Shown: positions 40,736 through 57,569 of the stretch, piece after piece
Layout of the letters: the number at the start of each line of letters is the position of its first letter
How positions within the stretch are numbered: position 1 is the first letter of the stretch
NCBI RefSeq assembly: GCF_009914755.1
Contig: NC_060931.1
Strand: one strand, 5' to 3'
Source of the DNA: the human T2T-CHM13v2.0 reference genome, Homo sapiens
DNA length: 64,000 bases
Program-made: the position numbers and the translations under genes
The notes under the pieces: model-generated
What the model saw: only the letters and a program-made list of their open reading frames with translations
Told to the model about the DNA's origin: nothing
Databases searched by the model: none

Positions 40736-42987
40736 CTATAATAAATGAGTTAAGATTGCATGATTTAAAATAATATAAAAATATTAATAAAAATTCTATA
40801 CACTAGCAATGAACAATCTCAACATGACATGAAGAAACAATTCCATTTACAATAGTTTCAAAAGGTAAGGCTGATTGTGGTGGCTCACAACTGTAATCCC
40901 ACCACTTTGGGAGGCTATGGCAGGAGGACTGCTTGAGGCAAGGATTTCGAGACCAGCTTGGGCACACACAGCAAGCCCCCATATGTACAAAAATATTTAA
41001 AATCCATGGAATGTGGTGGCATGCACCTGTAGTCTCAGGAGGCTGAGACTGGAGAATTGCTTGCACTTAGGAAGTTGAGGCTGCAGTGAACCATGATTAT
41101 GCCACTGAACTCTAGCCAAGTTGACAGAGGCAGACACTGCCTCAAAAGAAAGAAAAAAAAGAAAGAAAGAAAGAAAGAAAGAATTATCTGCAGAAGGTTT
41201 TAAGGCTCTGCTCCAAAATTATAAGGACCTACACCAGGCTTTATGTATAGCAACCTATCAAAGATACAACAGCATTCCTATCTCCCAGTCACACCTCAAA
41301 AACCATTGCATCTGCAGTCATATGGCACAAGTGGCAAAGTAGCTTGCATTGCACTCTGGACTTTTTGCAGGCCTTCTATTATTCTGTGCCCAATTTAAAA
41401 GTAGCAGTTTTCCATTACATTCATTGAATGGGCCACGGTATCATACTCAAACTAGGAATGGGTTTCTCATAACCCAAAGAAACCTGCCAGCTCTTGCGCC
41501 TTTTTTTGATGTAGGAGAATGTATACGTAACCACTTTTTCTTCATTCTAAAAGGTATATTATAACATGCCCCATATTATTGGACTCCTAGAAATATCACT
41601 AGCACAGAAATGAGATCAAACAGAGACCTCTTGTGGGGGCCCATGGGCACACAACCATAAAAGTTAAAAACAAAAACAGAAACAAAGAAAAAACAAACAA
41701 ACAAAAACTTCAGTTTCTTTACACTGTGAACAAATGTACATTAAAATGTTGTAATAAAACAGTGACTAAAAGTAACTAATGTAATAATAGTCAAACACCG
41801 TGATGCCATGTCTGAGACTCATAAATATTTTCAATTCCATGCTAGCAACACTAACTTCAGGGGACACGCCCCTAGCACAGCAGTTGTTAACATACAGTTG
41901 CTCTGTGTGCAGTAGCAGTGGCCTGTCTTAGGCCAGCAACATCACATACATACATACATCTTCTTTGTCAATACTCTAAAGCTTTCCAATTCAGATATGA
42001 GATACTTGCTTGACTGCTTAAGCACATATGTTGTAACACACAGTGCATAACGAAAAAGCTCTTCAAAATTTATGGTGTGAAGAAAAGTAAATATCCTGAG
42101 TTGTTTTTCATTAATTCAGTGTTGAAGGAAGCCTTGTTTCTTCTGTATTACACATGTGAAGTACAATTTTGATAAATTTATTAGTGGTGAAAATATCATT
42201 TAAGGAGGAAAAAATGATATAAGTTGAATGATAACACACACATATTTCTGGCTTAGAATTTGAGGAGGTGGAGGTGGAATAATGTCTCTATTTTTGGCAG
42301 GAGCCTCTGAGAATAAGTGCAATGGGTTAATAAGGCGGAAGGGCCTCAGGGTGCTAATTTCTTCTCCCTTTGCCCAGAAATGAGCTGTGACATCACTCAG
42401 GGCTTTCTCCTTCACATGCTCCCTTTCTTTGCGATCTGCTGACGCTCTCTGTGACAGAGCTGTTTGGAACTTACCTTGTGACCCCATTGTGAGCTGCTAG
42501 CTCCCATCTCCCCATCCAGAGAGCAGCTCCTAGTGCCGATCCCCAAGTGCAGGGTGCTCTGAGTTTCTGTCCTCCTTGACAAACCTAGAAATGGGAAAGA
42601 GAGATTTCAGGGTGGGACTTGAGCCATAATTGATCCAGGGTCAGTCTGTGGCATAAGAGCTGCACCTCAGCCTAGAGCACATGCCCAACATGCTCGTCAC
42701 CAAATGTTCAGTCAAGGACCCTCTGGGGCACACTGTCTAGGCTGACGTATAGCCCTTTTGATGCTTTCTTCTTGAATGTATTTACCACAGTCCCTGACTC
42801 AGAATAGTGCTCAATAAATAGCATGTTTCCTCTTTTTCCTGCCAGGGAGTTAAAAAAAAACAAACAAACAGCTACATGGGAAATTATAGAAGAGAAAGAG
42901 GTTTATGATTGAAGTGAGGGTCAGGAACTTTTGTGGATGAGGCAGACTTTAGCCAAGATTTGAAGGAGAGATTCATTCATTCATTCA

Positions 42988-43374
<387 letters not shown>

Positions 43375-45348
43375 TCAATCTAGTGAGGCCGAGAAACTTC
43401 CCCCAAATCATCACACAAATATAAACTTCATGAGAGCAAACTCAATGTCCAATAGGAAAATGGTAAAATTATGAAATGTTCTTTTGATTTAATGTTATAT
43501 AGCTACGGAGGTTGTTTCAAATAATTATAAAATGATCATAAGAACTGTTATATTCTAAAAGTATGGTATAAAAGTACAGAGTATAATTCTTATTTTATAA
43601 AAAATAAATGCATATTTACCTCTGCATGGAGGTGGTTCTATGTCACACAAACCTGTGGTTATTTATCCCTGGTGATGGGATTAGAAAGCATAGACCACAT
43701 TCTCTTAAAAGAGTAAGGCTGTGGCCAGGAGGCAAGTAGATTTGTTTTTCCACTGTTTGAATTTGCAATTAGATACTCTGCATGCTTTAAATGTAATGGA
43801 AGTTGTGATATATACTCATATTCTCATGGTAGGTTGTTCCATTTTGGTTTTGATGTTGGGGAGGAATAAGGTGAAGGTCCCTGTGGACTCTTCTTGTTCA
43901 GTGGCACACGTGTGGTCCTGGGGAAAGCCGTCACACAGTGGGCGCTGAAAAATGTGGCCTATGGCCACGAATTCCCTTTCAGTCCCTGCCTAAGCAAGAT
44001 TCATCTTCCTCTGCCTCCTTTTTCATTTCTTTTCTTCTATTGTCTGGTATTTTTGAAGATAAAAATTTGTTTCCAAAGGGGAAGTTCCAGAAATTCTTCC
44101 AAGAATAATGATGGAAGTTTGATTTCCAAGTGAGTGAGTATTCCTGGGCAACTGATTAAATCCCTTTGTCAATACTAAAAATCTGGCTTGTTCTGGATTA
44201 GTTCCACCATCTCACCATGATAACTCCCTCTTCTATAATCCCCACCAGAAATGACTGCTTTGCTTGAAAGCTTTTCCCTGAGAAGTCAGTGGTGTGTTAC
44301 TCCTTTGTCAGCTTAAAAAAAATAATTATACATTTCTGGGATTTTGTTTTGTGTCCCTGTGTTTTTTTAAGCAACTGGTGTTTTCAAGCCAAAAATTAGA
44401 AGTATTATGGAAGTACTGATGATGTACTCAGAGGAAAACAATAAAGCATATGATTTATTTGTTATAAGATGTAAAAGTTCTAGAAGATTTTCCTCTGATT
44501 TGTAAATTTTTTCCTCTCAAGAAAGTTTTTCCTTATGTTTTATAATTTCTTTATTTTAAAGACCTGCTGGGTTACTTAAAGTATGATAGTTCTGTTGGTG
44601 GAGTGAGGATAATGCTGCATTCAACCTGCCTTTTGTGGCATCTTGCTTACCCTACTTTGCAGAACAGAGATACCAAGAATCGGCCTTATGAAGCTGGGGC
44701 TATTTTTGCATTGTGATTTCAGAGATGCTGAAAAGACCTCTGACTGATTTCCTAATACTCAAAATGATACAGTAAGGGACTTGGGAGTTTAGGTCTTAAG
44801 ACTTTTCTTCATGAGTTTCTGTTAAAATCTAAGATAAAAAGTAGCTGCCTTGAAGAATCTTACCAGGGTTTGCTGCCAGCCAACTGAATGACTTATTGGA
44901 GAAAGGACTCATGACTCCTGGGCCTGAGGGACAGGCAGACAGGGAGATGGCTTCAGCAAGGATTTTCCACAGGTGACCCTGGTTCTGCAGTGACAGAAGC
45001 TCCTGTTGCACAAGGTTGTAAAATTATTCAGAAAGAGTAGGGATAATGCACCTACATTTTACCTGCTTTCAAACTCGTTGACAATTTACTTCTGGGAATT
45101 ATTTTTTCTCTTCTCCAGTTAATTTATAGTCTATCTCATTTCTTGTCTTTTCTGCCAACCATTGTATTTTTTCAGGGACAGTTGCGAGACATAAACTATG
45201 ATTTCCTATCAGAGTGCTTGTTACAATTCCGTTCTACTTTTCTGTGAAAATGTGCAACCTTCCAACTCTCAGTCATCATCTTTCCCCTTTCTCAATTCTT
45301 ATTTTGCTTCTTGCAAGTGTTTTTCTTTTCTTTTCTCTCTCTCTCTCT

Positions 45349-45652
<304 letters not shown>

Positions 45653-46483
45653 GCTTCTTGCAAGTTTTTGAACATGTTAGTGAAGAAGCAGTTGAGTCAT
45701 TTTGTGAAATAAATTTCTATTTACAAACACAGCAAGATGACACATTCATGGACTCCAAACATAGGTAGAGCTGTCCCTCCTTATTTCTGCATTCCTGGAT
45801 TCAACAAATGTGAATCAAAAATATTTTAATAAGGTTTCTGTACTGAACATTTACAGAATTTTATTTTTCTTTTCACTATTCCCTAAACAACACAGCATAA
45901 CAACAATTTAGGTATTAAAAGTAATCTAGAGAAGATTTAAAGTATGCAGGAGAATATGCATAGGTTATATGTAAATACTATGCCATTATATATAAAGAAC
46001 TTATACATCCATGCATTTTGGTATCCAAGAGGACTCCTAGAACAAATCCTCCAGAAATAGCAAAGAAATATGATAAAGAGTTTACAGTGTTCATAAAACT
46101 CTAGCTGCTTACTAGAACAACAGTTCGATGAAATAAAAGGCAGACTTGAAACTGTCCTTGGCCTGTATGGCTTGGCTGGCAGCCCCTGGCTTGCATGCCC
46201 CTTCTAGCAAGATGCACGTTAAGGCCACTATGTGCAGCTGAGGGAGAGTCAGGTGGCTCTTCACCAGGAGCAGATCGCATCCTTCTTTTGTCACATTTCT
46301 GCCTCTTAAGAGTGTCATGCTGAGAGGCATGCCTTCTTGATGCAGAAAAGAATTTGTTGGCAAGCTCTGCCAAACATCTGTTTCCATGTACTTCCTATGT
46401 ACCCACAGTTGCAGATCATGGGAAATTAGATAGTTTATCAAAAATAGCTTTCACTTTTTAAAACGTTCCTTTTTAGTTTTGGT

Positions 46484-48709
46484 TGAAAAAGACAGAAGAC
46501 ACAGTCCTAATTTCAGAAATGAAAGAGGATCTATCATTACTGATCCCATGAAGAATTAAAGAATAATAAAGAAACATTATAAACCACTCTTTGCCCACAA
46601 ATTTGGTAACCCAAATGTAACAGACAAATTCTTTGAAAGAAACAACCTACCCAAACTCACACAATAAGAAACAGACAATTTGAATAGTACTACATCTATT
46701 AAAGAAATTGGGTCAATGATAAGTAACCTTACCAAATAGAAAGTACCAGACCCAGATGAGGTAACTAGTATATTTATGCAAACATTTAAGAGAAATTATT
46801 CCAACCCTCTACAATCTCCTCCAGAAAACAGAAGCAGAGTGAATACTTTCAAACTATTCAATGGGGCCAGGATTACCATAGTGTCAAATTCAGACAGAGA
46901 CGTTACAAGAAAAAAATGCAGGACAATATCTCACATGAAGAAAGATGCAAAAATCCTCACCAAAATATTAAGAAATCAAGTCCAAAAATGTAAAAAATAA
47001 TTATATACTGCAACCCAGTGAGATTTATTACAGGCATGCCAGGCTGGTTCAACATTTGAAAATAAATTAGGCTAAGTGTGGTGGCTTATACCTGTAATCC
47101 TAATGCAGTAGGAAGCCAAGGAGGGAGGATCACTTGAGGCCAGGAGTTCAAACTAAGCCTGGGCAACATAGCAAGACTCTGTCTTTAAAAAAAATTAGTT
47201 CATCATATTAAGTTTTAAAAAGATAATATTTCATCAGTACATTCAGAAAAATCATTTGACAATATCCAAAACCCATTCATGAGAAAAACTCTCCGCAGAC
47301 TAGAAATAGAGGAAAACTTCCTCAATTTCATAAATAATGTCTATTAAAAAAACCTGCACCTGGCCGGGCACAGTGCCTCACGCCTGTAATCCCAGCACTT
47401 TGGGAGGCTGAGGTGGGTGCATCATGAGGTCAGGAGATTGAGACCATCCTGGCCAACATGGTGAAACCCCGTCTCTACTAAAATACAAAAAAGTAGCCGG
47501 GCATGCTGGTGCGTGCCTGTTGTCCCAGCTACTTGGGAGGCTGAGGCAAGGAATTGCTTGAACCCGGGAGGCGGAGGTTGCAACGAGCTGAGGTCACACC
47601 ACTGCACTCTAGCCTGGTGACAGAGCGAGACGACATCTCAAGAAAAAAAAAAAAACCTGCATCTAACCTCATACTGAATGTAGAAACACTAGATTCCTTC
47701 CTGCTAAGATCAGGAGCAAGGCAAAGATGTCTCCTCTCACCATTCCTATATGATATTATACTATAAGCCCTAGGTAATGCAATAAGACAAGAATAGAAAA
47801 GGTACATAGACTGGGAAGGAAGAAATAAAACAGTCTTTTTACACAGATGATATAATTGCCTATGGAGAAATACAAAAAGATCACAAAACAAAATCTTAGA
47901 ATAACCAATTTTAATGAGCAATTATAGCAACTTTGCACAATATAAGATTAATATACAAATGTCAATTACTGTCCTATATATCAGTAATGTAATTAGAATT
48001 TGAAATTTAAAAATTCAGTGACATTTATGCTAGCACCAATAACAATGAAATTCTTTAGGTACAAATATAAGAAAATAAATATAAATATAGAAACCATATG
48101 AAGAAAACTACAAAACTGTGAAAACATCAAAGAAGATCTAAATAAATGGAGAGATAATCCACATTCAAGTAAAGAGGGATTCAACGTTGTTAAAACGTCA
48201 GTACTTCCCAACTAGATCTACATATTCAGTGCAATCCCAATCAAAATTCCACAAAGCTAGTTTGTGGATATTGACAAACTGATTCTAAAGTTTATATGGA
48301 AAGGTAAAAGACTCAGAATAACCAAGAAAATATTTTAAAAGAACAGTTATAGGAATGACACTACCCAACTGTAAGCACTACTATAAAGCTACAGTAATCA
48401 AAACACGGTACTGGTAAAAAATAATAGAGAAACAGATCAATCAAACAAAAGATAAAGCTCATAAATTGACCCATGAAATATAGTCAGCTTATCTTTGAGG
48501 AAAAAGCAAAGGAAATTCAATTGAGAAACAATACTTTTTCAACAAACAGTACTGGAACAACTGGACATCCACATACAAGAGAAAAGAAGAAAAAAAAAAA
48601 CCCTAAACCCAGACCTGACAACTTTCACAGAAATTACTAAGAATGGATCATAGACCTATATAGGAGGAAAACTCACAAAACTCCTAGAAGATAACAAAGA
48701 GCAGAATCT
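46484..48709 (+). mobile_element. Old L1M ORF2 fragment (mirror)
   Basis: Mirror of 12890-15115. Confidence 0.8.
47361..47654 (+). mobile_element. Alu (mirror)
   Basis: Mirror of 13945-14238. Confidence 0.92.
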
Positions 48710-48750
48710 GAATTACCTCAGGTTTTGCTCCTCTGATAAAACACCAGAAA

Positions 48751-49137
<387 letters not shown>

Positions 49138-50428
49138 TCATCATCATCCAATCTGAAGAGTGAAACAAGTTTGAAGAAAATGAAAAGCTCCTTAGAGACC
49201 TGTGGAATGACTGAGTCCGAGAAGGAGAGGGAGAGACAGAAAAATTAAATATGATACAAGAGCAAATAAACAACTCATAGCTGAAAACTTGCAAAATTTG
49301 GTCAAAACCTCAAATTTGTATATTCAAAAGATGAGCACACTTCAAAAGAAAATACACATAAAACCATACCAAGGCCCTATTAGAAAACTGGCAGGGCAGG
49401 GTTTTCAAGGGACTTGCTATGATTTCTCATTTTCACTATTTATAATAATGGACAATATGCTCTCCTTAGAGTTTTCTTCCTGCAGAAAGTCTGATATGTC
49501 AGGTGCAGATGACTCTTTAGTCTATTTTTCAAGGTTTAATTTCTTACCTTGGAAATCAATTAAATTTGTTTTTTCAAAATTTTGCAGTAAAATTGATGCT
49601 CCGAAAAGATGCCCAGGGAGATTCTGTCCTGCTGCGTCCGCCCTGCACAGAACTAACGCTATGCCAACGCCAGTTTCAAAAGCGTGTAGTTGTGGAGTAC
49701 TTAAGAGTTAATCTAAAAAAGCGAATAGAAAAATGGATTCAATAAATGATCACTGTTAAGTTCCATCGGCAAAGTCTTAAAAGTGGTTCCAAAGGGAGTA
49801 TTTAATAAGAGGTAAAGATTTTTCCAGGGCACCCTATTCAGAGCAAAAACAAAGACACTGTCCAAACCTCACCACACAAACTTCCTCATGTGTTGGGAGG
49901 AACCAAGGCGCTCTCTGGTCCTGCACCTGTGTTAGTTATGGCCGGGAGGTCTACACTAGGACCCCAAGGCCTGGGAACCAGCCTGGGTGGGGGACAAAGA
50001 AGTGGTGGATGTGGCTCGCAAAGTAGTTTAGGTGGTCCCTTCCCCGTGGCAGTTTCCTGACTGGATGCAGCAGGGTCAGGCCTTTCCCCTGGGACATTTT
50101 CTCATCGTTATTATAGTGGCAGGAGCGCCCCTGTGCGAGGCCTGACCCAGGTGTGGGCCATGCAGCCAGCCCGGGGTCCAACAGGTGCATCTGGGGAGTA
50201 CAGGGGGATTCGTGGCAGCCCAGAGAGAGAGAAAAAGGTGGTTTTCAAAAGGGAAGTGCCAGGTTACCAGAGACTGGGTACCTTCACATGAGGCAGTGAG
50301 TGAGCTAATAGTTTCGGACACTCACGAGGGAGCTTCCCGCGCTGGACCAAGGGGAGCACTACGCATGTCTGAAGGGGTGTGGCCAGGGGAGGGACAATAA
50401 GAGGACGTGGCTAAAACGAGTGGCCCTT

Positions 50429-51519
50429 CAGAGGGAAAGGGCGGTGTCGAGCCGGCTGCTGGGGGGGGCGGGGGCGCAAGCGTTACCATAGCAACCCTGC
50501 TGCAGAGTCTGTGAGAGGCTCTTGGCCTCTACCTGGTCTGTGGAAAATCAAACTCTGGGCACAAGTCATGAAGCCAGCACGTTGGGGAGACACCGTGTCA
50601 CAATGACAAGGTGAGATCAGCCGCCCTGGCCAAGCTGTCTCCTCGCGGGCAGGAGAGGTTTGTGAACAGCCAAGCTTCCCTCCGCACGGCGGAACTGCAC
50701 TGGAAGCCTGGAGGAGCTCGGTGGAGGAGGGACCTTTGCTGGGAATGGGGGGAGCTGTAGTCTCTTATCCGCACCCAGCTATTAGTCGTAGGCTCGCAGG
50801 ACTACAATCCCAGCACTAAACAGGATTGTGAGCGGTGCGGATCCCTGGAGGGAGACATGGCGCGGTTTGCTCCTGCGGGGTATGCAGGCAGGAGTAGTTT
50901 TAGCCGCTTCCGGCCGTTGATCGCAGGCGATCAACTACAATCCCAGCATGCAACGGGAGTGGGGGGTGGTGCGAATGCCTGGAGGAAGGGGCCGCGTGGT
51001 GCGCGCCTCGCCAGGCATTCTGGGAGTAGTTTCTTAACCGCTTTCGGCTGTTGGTCGCAGGGCTACCGGCCTACAGTCCCAGCAAGCGCCGGGCTGCGGG
51101 GTGGTGAGCAGTCCCGGAGGGAGGCGCAAGCCGTGTGGACCTCTCTGCTTCCAAACCTATGCTGGCCACTGATTCTGTGCCATCCCTGGCTAAGGGGAGT
51201 GAGTCCAGAGAGGGACTTAAGGGGCAAGTCGGGGCTGGGCAGTGAGAAGAGTGTGACGCTGCGAAGTGCACCTCATCTTTGCCTAAATCGGGCGGGTCTC
51301 AGCCTCACCCCACCTCTCGCTGCTCAGCTCGGTTTCCCTCCAGAGCATCACGCCTCCTCCAGCACAGGAGCCGCCTGCTTTCCTAGGCTGCTGTGGAACT
51401 GGCCTGAGGTCCCAGACGCTGTCCATTGTGCTGCCGCCCTCCGCGCTCTCCAGCCAGAGCGCCAGTTCACCGGCTTTTGGGAGAACTCCGCCGCCTCACC
51501 TGCCCGCGGACAAGGTCAC
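50429..51519. promoter_or_regulatory. CpG island / promoter-like region (mirror copy)
   Basis: actacaatcccagca at 50801 and 50934; gttaccatagcaac at 50482-50495. Confidence 0.8.
50483..50704 (-). pseudogene. TP53TG3-like fragment (mirror copy)
   Basis: Reverse complement of 10895-11116. Confidence 0.7.
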
Positions 51520-54500
51520 AGCTTTGCAGGGGGTTGACATGGGCTGTGGCTTCCTGGAAATGTCACCCTCACCAGAGCCTTTTACATGGATGTGAATTTT
51601 GAGACATGAAGGAGGGTAATTATTGGTTTACCCAGGAGATGCTAAGAGCAGAGGAGAAAACCCTAATTTCCAGGCATGTGACTTGAGCCAGGGACAGGCT
51701 AGCCAGACCCTGAGCCCCCAGTGCCGCCAGAGAGCAGCCTATTGCCCTGGTTTCTGTGGAAGTCTCTTCATGCTGCTGGGCCTTAGCCTCAGGGACAGCT
51801 CAGTCAGGTGAGGGTGGGGATGACCCATGGGCTTCTGGAGCTGGGCTGGTGGTCCTGGAAGGGCCGGCCCATGCCCCTTGGAGAGGGTCTTTGTGCTGAG
51901 GGATGCCCACAGAGGCCTGGGTACCAGGAACACTGCTCCAGGCAAGGGGCCTTTCTTCCAGATTTGGCTGGAAGGAAGACTTGGTCAGCTTTTCCACCTT
52001 GCAGGGCTGCACCCCATGGACCTGGGTTCCTGGAGTCTTTGACGGCTTTGTGTGGTCGACTTGTTTTGATACTGAGGACACCCCTGCTGGCTGTTAATTT
52101 CAGGGCAAGGGATATGAGGCCATTATTTTAAGTGAAATAACTCAAGAATGGAAAATAAAATACTATTATTTTTCACTTATAAGTGGGAGTTAAGCTATGC
52201 GTATGCAAAGGCATACAGAGTGATGTAATGGACTTTGGAGACTCAGAAGCAGAGAGTGGGAGGTGGATGAGGGATGAAAAAACTACCTATTTGGTACAAT
52301 ATAAACTACTCAGGTGACAGGTGCACTAAAATCTCAGAATTCACTGCTATATAATTCATCCACGTAACCAAAAACCACTTGTACTGTAAGTGATACTGAA
52401 ATAAAAATTATAATAAAGCAAATTTATAATAAAATTAAAATTATACTTACATAATTATAATATAAACAAAAATTATAATAAGGAGCAGCTTTTTTTTTTT
52501 TTTCTTAAAAAGAAAAACCCAGTGCCACAGTTTTGGGTTCTAGTGTTTTGGATAGAAAGCCCCTTTTGCTCAGTAACACACTCACTACTGGAGAAGCAAA
52601 ATCCTGAAAATTCAAGAAGAACCTTGGCATAAACGATATTTCTGACAAGTTATTTATACACTGCCTACATGAGTATTGCAGATATGTTTTAAAGACAAAG
52701 ATCCATGTAGACTGGGTCAGCTTTATGCTTGGTCATTTTATTTCCAATTCTTCTCCCCTAAAATACAAGTCATGGGTTGCCATGGTGATTATTCCAACTG
52801 CATTGTGGTCAGATGGAACTGGTGACCTGTTCTAATTTCCCCTTCAGTTACAAAATGAGCCCGATGCTCTTAGCCATCAAAATCTCACCAACACCTACTA
52901 CTTCAGTTTCAACTCTGGTTCCTTTTTCAAGGCAATCACTCAAAGTTGCAAATCACAGAAAGGCAAAAATGTTTTAACTAAAAACTTAATAAAAAGTTAT
53001 ACCCCCCCTGAAGCCATGTAATTTGGGTTTTATTTATTTTATTGTCTATTCAGGTCCATAAACCTACAACTGTAACAATATATACCATTCATGATAAGTT
53101 AATATTTATTGAATAGTAAAATGAATATACGTTAAGGGTAGATCTGGCTTCAAGTATAACTGCAATCAGGGCTGGTGTGATATGTCCAGTAGTCAAGGAC
53201 AAATGTCAGTTGTAATATGACCTCCTCCACTTGAAACACACAGCAATACTTTAAACGTCTGAAAAGAAAGTTACGTAGGGAAATAAATGAAAAGTTATTA
53301 ATTTGATTAAGAAGGAATTAAACCTGATTTTAAAATAGATAAAGACATACAAATATAAAAAATACTGAAGAACAATTAGCATAGGTAGAGGAGCACTAAA
53401 AGTATGATAGAAAAGAAATATATTTAAAAATATTAGTTTCTGAGTTAAGTTTGTAGATATAGAGACCTGACAAAGAGTTGCTCCTACACATTAAACAAAC
53501 AAACAAAAATGCTGGAGAAACTTCAAATGAATGGATGGTTTCTCCTGAGCCCTTTAAAGAACTGAGGTCACAGGGCAGACTACAAACCCAACATCAGGGG
53601 ATGCAGAAAGCCTGCAGGTCACACAGGCTCCAGGCTTTTATGTGTACCCTGAAGACCATGTAAACTGGTAAAATTAAGCCAGAACTTTTGAACTAGTTCC
53701 TGGTGGCTGTGTGTGGGTGGGTGAGGAGAATGAGAAACCCTGGAGTCTACAGACGTAGGGTTTATACCGTTGTGTATAATTTTTCTAGGAACCCTACAAG
53801 GCCTGTCAGGGAAGATGGGGTTAGAATCCTGAGGATGCTTACCCCACAGTGCTGATGGGGAGGGACCACTATCCCATCCACTACTGCAACTCTGGAGACA
53901 CAGCCCTCACATCTCTCCTATATAACATGAGGCCTAATCTGCAGAGAAAGAGCATCCAAACCTGAGCCAAAGGGCACTGGGGAAAAGCTCATGGAACTGA
54001 GGGTGAAGGAACAAGGCCAACACCCGCATTTCTGCACAGATGCATCTCCCATAAAGAAAAGAAACCATTAATTTACAGGGCACTGTTCAAGGCCCACTTC
54101 AACTGGGAGTTAAGAGCATGGAGAAGGAGCACGTTTCCCCTACCATGGACAAGGAGGGACAGGAATGTGCTCTTGTCCTGGCATTGCATGTACAGGATGG
54201 GCAGGAAACTCTTCAACGGTCAGTAACCCCACACCCCAGTTCACAGTGCTAAGTCTGAGGCTTCCTCAGAACATTAGAGATCTCCTCACTCCCTCACCAC
54301 TGCCACCAGGCTAAGAAGCATGGAGTCAAAACAGTGGAATATAGCTGGGCCAAGTGCAAGAAACCACGTGTGGGAAGAGGCACAAAGGGAAGGCACAGCA
54401 AACTCGGGAGATATTAGCAAAGTATCATGAGAGGGATTTGAATTTCCTGGTCCTCAGAAGGTTGTTACTGCCATAACGACTTTTAACCCCAGCCTACCCT

Positions 54501-54748
54501 CTCATCAACATGACCACAAACCCCTATACTAAGGCAGTTATCTGAGAGAAAACTGCTCGTCAATAACCTAAAACCTATCCCCTTTCAATGTCAGTGGGCT
54601 GATGAAAAAATAAAAATAATAAAAAAAAGATTTACCCCAATGCACTATCCTATACAACATATGCTATTGCTTTTAACAAAAATTAGAAGCCAAGACATCC
54701 CTTTTTATCTTTAGTGAGATCTTCATTTGTGTTAAAACCAAATTAAGG

Positions 54749-56358
54749 TCCCAGTGCGGAGTTTAGGAGGCTGGGACTTCAGATCACAGCGGGCGCCCGC
54801 CTCCCGCCCGCCGTGGCCACGCCGCGCCGCGTCCGGGAAGGCCCAGCGGAGGCTCCGGGGAAGGCGACACCAGCAGGCGGCCTGGCCGGCGGCATTGAAA
54901 TGGGCGTCCGCTCCCCACGGAGCGCGGGAGGTCGTAGCTGCAGCCGGACGAGCGCTGGCACCAGCCGGGCACCGCGCATGGATCCCGCGTGCGCACTGTC
55001 GCGGTCATGGCGTCCCGGGCCGGCACCGCGGCCTCGGCTCCCTGCTCTGCGGCTCTTGTCTCCAGGGCGGCGTTGGGTTCTGAATGTTCCAGTTCCACAG
55101 CAGCCAGACGCGGGATGCCCAGGGACGGCCTGACGGCAGCGCTGGCTGCGGTGCGGCCAGGGCGCTGGCGTGGCCGAGGCCATGGTGGTCGTATGTTCCA
55201 TGGACACCATCAAGGTGAAGTTCATCCACGGCCAGACCTTCCCAGACCTCCAGTGCAGAGGAGTCTCCCACCAGGTTAGAGAGATTGTGCGAGAACAAGG
55301 GGACTCACCGGGGCCTCATGGCACCCACGCTAAAGCAGGGCTGGAACCAGGCCGTCTGCTTCTCCTCCTGACCTCCCTGCACAGCTGGTACCGAGGGGAC
55401 AACCCCAGCAAGCCCATGGACCCGCTGGTCGCTGGGGTCTTCGGAGCCATTGTGGGCGCAGCCAGTGTCTTGGGAAACGCTCCTCTGGATGGGATCGAGA
55501 CCGGATGCGGGGCCTGGAGCAGCACAAACGCGGAACACACCGGCCTATGGCTGCAGATCCTGAGGAAGGAGGGGCTCAAGGACCTCTAGAACGGCACTGT
55601 CCCCCGCCTGGGCCGCTGGACCGCGTCTCCCTGGATGTGACCAGGGATAAGGGTAACAGTATTTATCCTCTACCAGGAGGTGGAGAAGCTGCACAACAGT
55701 GTGGAGGATGGACTAAGCCCAGAGGGGTAATGAGGGAACCCCCCAGGCACCTCCAGAGCGGCCACCACCCTTGTCTCACATGATTCCAGCGCAGAAATGC
55801 CAAAAGGCCCCTGCCCACGTCCCTCGAGCTCTGTGGCCTGCCCTGTGCATTGTGGTGTCACGTCCATTTGTCCCCTAGTGCCATGTCTCCCCGTGGTCTG
55901 TACGTGACACTGCGCCTGTGTCCACGAGTCTGGCCCGGCCGTGGCTGGAGGTCCATCTGGCCTGTGAGTCTGTGCCCACTTGTCCATGTGCTTATTGTGA
56001 GCCCTGGGCCTGTGATTCATTTTCTACGTCATGCGACACTGCGCCCCGCCTCCCGGGGTGCCAGTGTGGCCTGAGTCCTTGGCCCTGTCATCCCGGCCCG
56101 GGCCCAGTCCACTGCCTTCCACCCTGCCCTGGCCTACCACAGCTGCCTCTGGGCCTCGGCCTGGTTTCACTGCATTCTTGGGGTTACACCCCTGAACCCC
56201 AAATTCCACCCCTCACCAGCGCTTCTCCTACCATTGGCTTGACTGGCCCACGGCCCCTCCCTCTGCCCAGGAGAGGGTGACACCCACCACTCTCAGGATC
56301 ACCCTGCCAAGGCAGAATAAACCGGATCCTATTGTAAAAAATAAAAAATAAATAAAAA
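54749..56358 (+). pseudogene. SLC25A1P: SLC25A1 processed pseudogene (mirror copy)
   Basis: Same motifs as the left copy; ends aataaaccggatcctattgt followed by an A-rich tail at 56316-56358. Confidence 0.95.
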
Positions 56359-56408
56359 GTATGAAGCACAGAAGAAAATAAGCTACGAGGAAAAAGGGTT
56401 AGAAGATT

Positions 56409-56690
<282 letters not shown>

Positions 56691-57266
56691 GTTGGAAGAA
56701 ATTTGATATCACATAAACTTTGCATACTGGAAATATATTTGTAATATTTTAAATTTTAAAAGTATTATAAATATATTTATATTTGTACATATTAATATAA
56801 AATATTAAATTTAAATATTTTAAATGTTTAGGTAAAAACAATTGAGGAAAAGATGATATCCAAATAATTTTTGAAAGAGCAGGAAACTATAAACTGAATG
56901 AGGAAATTTGGAAAAGAGTCAAATAGAAATGGAATAATTTAAACATAAAGAAATTTAATATACGATATGTGAGTTAATTATAAAATTAGACTACGTTGAT
57001 GAGAGAATTAGTGAACTGGATTAATGAACTGAAATTTTGAGCAGAACGAATATAACCAAATAAAAGAAAGAGAAACAAAATAATAGTAATATGAATGTAA
57101 TTATACATATGTGAAGAATAGAATGACAAAGAATAAAGCACAATTATTTCACTTGAATTCATACAAATAATAAGTCATACTAATAAATAATTATTTACAA
57201 ATTTCTAAAAGTAAAAACCAGACATGTGCCTAAAAGAGACACTGTGCCTGAAAGCAAGCAATAAAG

Positions 57267-57569
57267 AGGCTGGGTGTAGTGGCTCACATCTGTAATCACA
57301 GCACTTTGCGAGGCCAAGGAGGGCGGGTCACTTGAGGTCAGGAGTTGAAGACCAACCTGGCCAACCAGGTGAAACCCCGTGTCTACTAAAAATACAAAAA
57401 AATACAAAAAACTTAGCCGGGCATGGTGTCAGCTGCCTGTGATCCCAGCTACTCCGGAGGTTGAGGCAGGAGAATCCCTTGAACCCGAGAGGCGGAGGTT
57501 GCAGCGAGCCAAGACTCCAGCCTGGGTGACAGAGCAAGATTCCGTCACCAAATTAAAAAAAGAAAAAGC
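57267..57569 (+). mobile_element. Alu (mirror)
   Basis: ggctgggtgtagtggctcac...A-tail. Confidence 0.9.
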